Position numbers and translations under genes: made by a program. A DNA stretch of 64,000 bases, taken from Promethearchaeota archaeon (lineage in GTDB: Archaea > Asgardarchaeota > Lokiarchaeia > Sigyniarchaeales > SOKP01). Positions 59,145 through 64,000 of the stretch are shown here, piece after piece; position 1 is the stretch's first letter; every line of letters starts with the position of its first letter. The stretch spans positions 160,001 to 224,000 of the forward strand of contig JALGVJ010000004.1 in NCBI GenBank assembly GCA_029838195.1, in the 5' to 3' direction. Below the pieces are notes generated by a model that saw nothing but the letters and a program-made list of their open reading frames with translations, made no database searches and was not told where the DNA came from.

Positions 59145-60587
59145 CTACATGAGATAAGTATTTTGAAACCATTCTTCTAAATTTTTAAATCTTCTCGATT
59201 TAAACGATAAGAGGAGATGATTGCGAGCATCCTTATTTATTCTTTCAAACAAAGCCTTACAAAGATCTGGATTGTCTCTGGCAATATCGTGTTCCCATTT
59301 AGGATCCTTGCTAAGATCAAATAATTTTTGAAAAGTTTGGTCATTAGAAGTTATTAAGGCATGATGATCATCTTTATATAGCGTCCAAAGGGCCATTCCA
59401 CAAGTCACGTAATTTCTTCCTTCAATAAAATGATCATCTTCGTTAACAAACACGGATAAATCTATACCTTCAAAAATATCCGGAATTTCTTTATTTAAAA
59501 ATCCAAGAATCGTAGGCAAGACATCATGAATGTACACGTGCGTTTTTTTCACGCGCTTAGGCCCATTTACTCCGCCAGGAGGTTTGATAATAAAGGGAAT
59601 CTCAACTAATTCAGGATATAAGAAAGTAGGAATTTTTCCAATAGCTCCATGCTCCCCTAATAAGTGCCCATGATCACTAGTTAAAATAATTAAAGAATCT
59701 TCATATAGCTCCATTTCTTTCAATTTTTCCATGAAATATCCAAACCACGCATCACATTGAGAAACTTCTCCCGCATAACAAGCTCTCATGCAGTTTAATT
59801 CTTCTTCAGATAAATAATCATGAGTCTCAGAATAGAGAGGATGTATGATTTTATTACCATTATAGTTCTCATCTAAATAGAGATTTAAATATTTATCAGG
59901 AGGATCCCAAGGCTCATGCGGGTCGAACTCATCAATTAAAAGAAAGACATTATTATAGTGTTTTAAAGTTTCCAACGTTTCAACAGCTTGTCGAAAAGTT
60001 CTTGCCGGAAAATAATCTTTTTCTTCTTTTCTATCCTGGACATTGGCGAGATATCGATTTAATAAGAGTTTTTGTATTTGAACTTGCGAGCGATTTTCTT
60101 TAGTCTTTTTTATTAAGAACTGGCGTACAAGTTGATTAATTTCTCGTTTATCTCCCTTTATTCTCGCCCGATATTTATCAAATTCTTGTCCCCGAATGAA
60201 ATGCCATTCATCAAATCCAAGATGGAAATTCATGTTGGGTTTAAATTGATGATACGTGCTGGAAATAAAAGCTGTAATAAAGGCAAATCGATTTAAATAC
60301 TCTGATAGATGAACTTGATGGGAAGGAATGGGAGTCCAACCGGGCGATTCAGTCATATCATCTGTTCGAAGGTAGGGTGGATCGTTATCAAAAGGAAATG
60401 TTCGAATGCCGGTATGAATCGCTCTTCGAGCTGGAATAGTTGGTAAAGATTCGGGATAAGCATTATCAAATACTATCGCGTCTTTAGCAAATGCATCGAA
60501 ATTAGGTGTTTTTATCCAGTCATTGCCATGAGTTTTTCCCGTGTGATCTTTACGGAGTGTATCAAAAATGATGAGAAAGATTTTCAT
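59145..60587 (-). CDS. Sulfatase-like hydrolase (alkaline phosphatase superfamily) with Thr at the nucleophile position
   Basis: FDTLRKDH, TPNFD, PTIPARRAIHTG, FDPHEPWDPP, YAGEV, TSDHG, DVLPTIL, LFDLSKDP. Confidence 0.88.
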   Translation of the reverse strand: MKIFLIIFDTLRKDHTGKTHGNDWIKTPNFDAFAKDAIVFDNAYPESLPTIPARRAIHTGIRTFPFDNDPPYLRTDDMTESPGWTPIPSHQVHLSEYLNRFAFITAFISSTYHQFKPNMNFHLGFDEWHFIRGQEFDKYRARIKGDKREINQLVRQFLIKKTKENRSQVQIQKLLLNRYLANVQDRKEEKDYFPARTFRQAVETLETLKHYNNVFLLIDEFDPHEPWDPPDKYLNLYLDENYNGNKIIHPLYSETHDYLSEEELNCMRACYAGEVSQCDAWFGYFMEKLKEMELYEDSLIILTSDHGHLLGEHGAIGKIPTFLYPELVEIPFIIKPPGGVNGPKRVKKTHVYIHDVLPTILGFLNKEIPDIFEGIDLSVFVNEDDHFIEGRNYVTCGMALWTLYKDDHHALITSNDQTFQKLFDLSKDPKWEHDIARDNPDLCKALFERINKDARNHLLLSFKSRRFKNLEEWFQNTYLM

Positions 60588-60726
60588 GAGCTTCGCTTAC
60601 AATAATTTATTATGATGAATTTACTTATTATTTTATTTAAATGATTCATTTTAATTGAAAATTTATATTCTTTTTAAAGTAAAGAGAAATGAGTTTTTAT
60701 GCGTGGTAACCAAAATTAAGTATTGT

Positions 60727-61704
60727 TCATTGCTTGATTAATTCCTTTAAGATTAAAAGCATAGAAAAAATATCGTGATAATTATGTTCAATGCATTTTT
60801 TAACCAATCCAACGTAGCGCTTTGGATTGTCCACATATTTACGATAACACAAGCCCACTAAACTGCTTGGTAATACGTTCTCTCTTTGAAAATCTAATAA
60901 TTGACATTCAATATTCGTTAAAGTATAATTATCATGCAATCCCTTATATTTTCGGCGACAATTATGATAGAGATCCACGTGGTAATAAAGTGTATTGCTC
61001 TTTTCATAAGGATCTTCGTTATCATATACCAAAGGATTCTCATCAAAAAAATATAATAATCTATTGGCAATATAAGGGATGTCATAACTCTTTCCATTAT
61101 ATGTAATAAAGCCTTTAAAGTTTGGAAGCACGATTTTTTTGAAATGCTCTAAAACCGCCACTTCTTCTTCTAATTGGCGTGCAAAATATTGTAAAATGCG
61201 AAATTTATCCTTATCTTGATATCCCATCCCTAAGATAATAATGGGACTATCATATAAATCTAATGTTTCAATATCAAGAAAAAGAAGATCCTTTTTCTCA
61301 AAACAAAAAAGTAAATCTATATCATGAATGTATCTATTTTGAATAAGATGGGAAAAGTCCTTTTCTTTAATTAACTTTAATAGTTCATTTGCCGAATCTT
61401 TGTAACGCACGTTATATATTAAATCCTCTATGGTGTTAATCCCTCTCCTAAATAATTGCTGCTCAATTACCTCTCCTACCTGATATATGGCTTTTAAATT
61501 CCCTAATAAGTGTTTTCGGGTAATAGATAAATCTAATTCGATATCAGGATGCTCAATTTCCCATTGAATTTCCATGAAGCATCCCATATCATTCTCTCGA
61601 ATCACGTGATTAGGAAATAATTCTGTAAGGGTTTTTCCCTTATATTTACTGATATCCTCTGAAATATCAACACTAAATTCATCAAAATTTAAACGAAAAT
61701 CCAT
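60727..61704 (-). CDS. YprB/RNase_H_2 family DEDD exonuclease with HhH-like N-terminal region
   Basis: FLDIETL, TYNGKSYDIPYI, HVDLYH, LTNIECQLL, HNYHDI. Confidence 0.85.
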   Translation of the reverse strand: MDFRLNFDEFSVDISEDISKYKGKTLTELFPNHVIRENDMGCFMEIQWEIEHPDIELDLSITRKHLLGNLKAIYQVGEVIEQQLFRRGINTIEDLIYNVRYKDSANELLKLIKEKDFSHLIQNRYIHDIDLLFCFEKKDLLFLDIETLDLYDSPIIILGMGYQDKDKFRILQYFARQLEEEVAVLEHFKKIVLPNFKGFITYNGKSYDIPYIANRLLYFFDENPLVYDNEDPYEKSNTLYYHVDLYHNCRRKYKGLHDNYTLTNIECQLLDFQRENVLPSSLVGLCYRKYVDNPKRYVGLVKKCIEHNYHDIFSMLLILKELIKQ

Positions 61705-61877
61705 TATTCCTCTCTTAGCATTGCGTATTATTTAAGAATAAAAGGCCATTGAATTTTAATAAAATAATACATCAGAACCTTTTTAATTTAAACTTTTATA
61801 ATTAAAAATAACATGAAAAAAATCTAAACTCTTTGTTTCTTCCTAAAGGTTTCCCCTTTAAATCATTATTATAGCTT

Positions 61878-63224
61878 TCATTTAAAAAACATGTCAATGT
61901 TCGGAATGGTATCCTCATATCTTGAAGGAGATGCCCCCGTTTTGAAGAATTTTCTAGATTCCGAATCTTCTAATACATAGTTCGAACCTCCTCCGTGGAT
62001 CATGCAATAGGGATCTAAAAATCCAATTGGCGCAGAATATTGGCGAATGAATCCGCGCCCGCCCATCGTCCTGAAGCAATGAATAGCACTTTCAAAAGCT
62101 AACTCTGTTGTTTGGATTTTTAGCCCCATGGTATTCGCCGCCATTATTTTTGAAGTCCCTAACTCGGGATGAATATCTAATTCCCGAACGTAATTAATTA
62201 AAGCAGAGATCAAAAGATTTAATTGACGTATGTTTTCAGAAATTGGGAATCGAATGACTTGATATTTATGTAACCTTCGATTGAACTGATGCCTATTTAA
62301 CGCCCACGTGTGAGAATATAAGAGTTTTTTCATCGCATCTCCTAAAGCCTCTGCTGAAATTACAAGACGCTCCTCTGTCAATTGGTGAAACGCAATCTCT
62401 AAGCCATGACCTTGAAGTAAATTTTCACGAGGAATGTCCACCCGATCAAAAATTAATCGACTTACGAAAGCGTCGTTCATACCGTACGTCCTAATTCTTG
62501 CTGAGCGAAAATTCTTTAATTTCTGATGCTCCGTATCCACGATTACTGCTCCTATGGGTCCATTATTCAAGCGACCATATAGCACTAAGTAATCACATAA
62601 CATGCCATTCGTGATGAAAACTTTTTTACCTTTAGCAATAATCTTATCGTCTTGGACTTGTAGATTTAGCTCCATACTGGAAATATCACTCCCAGCATTA
62701 AATTCAGTCATTGCGGAAGCAGCTATTGCGCCGTCTCTTGCAACCGGCAGCAAGAATTTTTCTCTTTGGTAATCATTAGCCTTGTAATCAACAGGATTAC
62801 AATAAAGGGTACCACCGGCTAAGCGTCCCATTTCCACGCTCCAATTTCCGGCAATATATCGTTCGCTATATTCCGACCACCTGCCACCGCATAAAGCAAA
62901 GGCGATTAGGGCATTTCTCATTACTTTTCCGACTTCATGTTCATCTTTATCAACCAGAACCGTGCTATAATATCCTTTTTGAGCTAGTTTTTTCATGATG
63001 CGGAAGATGATTTCTTTTTTTTTATCTTGGGTGGGCTCTTCCACGTAATAATTAAGTTCTTCCAATTCTCTCAAATCCTCATCAAGTTCTTTTTCGAGAA
63101 ATTCGTAGAATTCTTCTAAAAACTCTTTTTCATTAGGTTTTAGAAGCGGATTGTTCAAAATATCGAGTTCCGGCACGTAGCGCGTTATTCGAATCGGTTC
63201 AAATTCACGTAATCTTATATCCAT
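61878..63224 (-). CDS. Acyl-CoA dehydrogenase (IVD/LCAD-type catalytic arrangement)
   Basis: AMTEFNAGSD, GKKVFITNG, LTEERLV, RHQF..YQVI, MGGRGF. Confidence 0.9.
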   Translation of the reverse strand: MDIRLREFEPIRITRYVPELDILNNPLLKPNEKEFLEEFYEFLEKELDEDLRELEELNYYVEEPTQDKKKEIIFRIMKKLAQKGYYSTVLVDKDEHEVGKVMRNALIAFALCGGRWSEYSERYIAGNWSVEMGRLAGGTLYCNPVDYKANDYQREKFLLPVARDGAIAASAMTEFNAGSDISSMELNLQVQDDKIIAKGKKVFITNGMLCDYLVLYGRLNNGPIGAVIVDTEHQKLKNFRSARIRTYGMNDAFVSRLIFDRVDIPRENLLQGHGLEIAFHQLTEERLVISAEALGDAMKKLLYSHTWALNRHQFNRRLHKYQVIRFPISENIRQLNLLISALINYVRELDIHPELGTSKIMAANTMGLKIQTTELAFESAIHCFRTMGGRGFIRQYSAPIGFLDPYCMIHGGGSNYVLEDSESRKFFKTGASPSRYEDTIPNIDMFFK

Positions 63225-63547
63225 TTTTTATCTTCTTTTTGTTTTTTATTAGGTATACTAATTGGTAAATAGTAAAAGATATAAATAAATGTTATAAAAA
63301 AGGTCAATAATTTTACGTTGATTTTTTGATGAGAAGTGTTGATGGTGAAAATTAAAATGTATGTTTAGTATATAGAATAAAAATATAAATTCAAGAAATT
63401 TAATTCAATTTTAAATTCAGAGGGAAAAAATTACATCCGGTATATTTGTAAAATAAGATACAATCAAGTTAAAGCGATAAATTCATAATTCTCCAATTAT
63501 ATCAATATTAATTATTTAAAAGAAAAACCTAAAAAAAAAAAGTTAAA

Positions 63548-64000
63548 TTAAAAAGTAAATCCTGCTGGTAAATCGGATTCAGGTGTATTTTCTGGAACGA
63601 ACATTAAATCTAAAATAGTATAGGTAGGATCTTTAGTCCTAAAAATGGGAATAACTCTTTTACCAATTTTCGGTTCACCTACCGCTAAAACACTCATTAA
63701 AATAGTCTTCACTTCCTCGTCGAATTCAACATTAATAAACTTGATTGGTTTCGGTAACATGTTAAAAGCACCTGAACGATGTGTAATGATGAAAGAATGA
63801 ATGCGAGCACAATTTTTTGCTTTATCCGTTATATCTACTATCATGGCTTTACGGAGACAATCAGGACAATAGATTCTGAAGGGTTCAAAAACAGACCCTT
63901 TTGCAAGACAATTATCATTATCACAGCGGGTTGCCAATAATCGCCCTTTTCCTAATGATTCAAAAAAAATGGCTTCTCCTCCATAAGAATGAATATACGT
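63548..64000 (-). CDS. DUF35/ChsH2 zinc-ribbon OB-fold protein (5' end beyond window)
   Basis: Frame open to the window edge (TYIHSYGGEAIFFESLGKGRLLATRC), YCPDC, IHSFII, PKIGKRV. Confidence 0.85.
   Translation of the reverse strand, partial: TYIHSYGGEAIFFESLGKGRLLATRCDNDNCLAKGSVFEPFRIYCPDCLRKAMIVDITDKAKNCARIHSFIITHRSGAFNMLPKPIKFINVEFDEEVKTILMSVLAVGEPKIGKRVIPIFRTKDPTYTILDLMFVPENTPESDLPAGFTF

Noticed and set aside
1272-61106. Numerous 60-135 aa ORFs antisense to or nested in larger genes (e.g. 5676-6062, 15186-15542, 17774-18145, 24485-24868, 30707-31057, 57766-58170)
   Set aside because: Shadow ORFs overlapping well-supported genes, with no recognisable motifs
1-64000. CRISPR arrays, tRNA/rRNA genes, intact transposases, provirus genes
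   Set aside because: No regularly spaced repeats, cloverleaf-like GC-rich segments or such ORFs seen by eye

Overview
AT-rich archaeal chromosomal window, most consistent with an Asgard archaeon (Lokiarchaeia-like). This is inferred from gene content: H4MPT-branch C1 enzymes (mch, mtd, ftr, FrhB-like), beta-oxidation genes, archaeal informational genes (XPD, RecJ/DHH, beta-CASP, homodimeric GlyRS) and eukaryotic-signature proteins (Rab-like GTPase, Rag/Gtr1-like GTPase, presenilin-like protease, longin-like and RWD/UBC-like domains). No rRNA, tRNA or CRISPR array was recognised. The best candidate for an undescribed system is a six-gene ABC-2 exporter operon (49435-58733, minus strand). It encodes two permeases, a soluble ATPase, a membrane-anchored ATPase carrying a large extracellular prenyltransferase-beta-repeat barrel, a catalytically dead ATPase fused to RWD/UBC-like domains, and a longin-like membrane protein. 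Other highlights: at least four genes apparently initiating at ATA/ATT codons behind strong Shine-Dalgarno motifs, a 313-bp MITE with perfect 23-bp inverted repeats, a ~210-bp IS200/IS605 derivative that appears to retain a TnpB omega-RNA-like right end, a possible highly divergent PIWI-fold orphan, and two pseudogenes. All assignments come from motif recognition by eye; no database searches were run.
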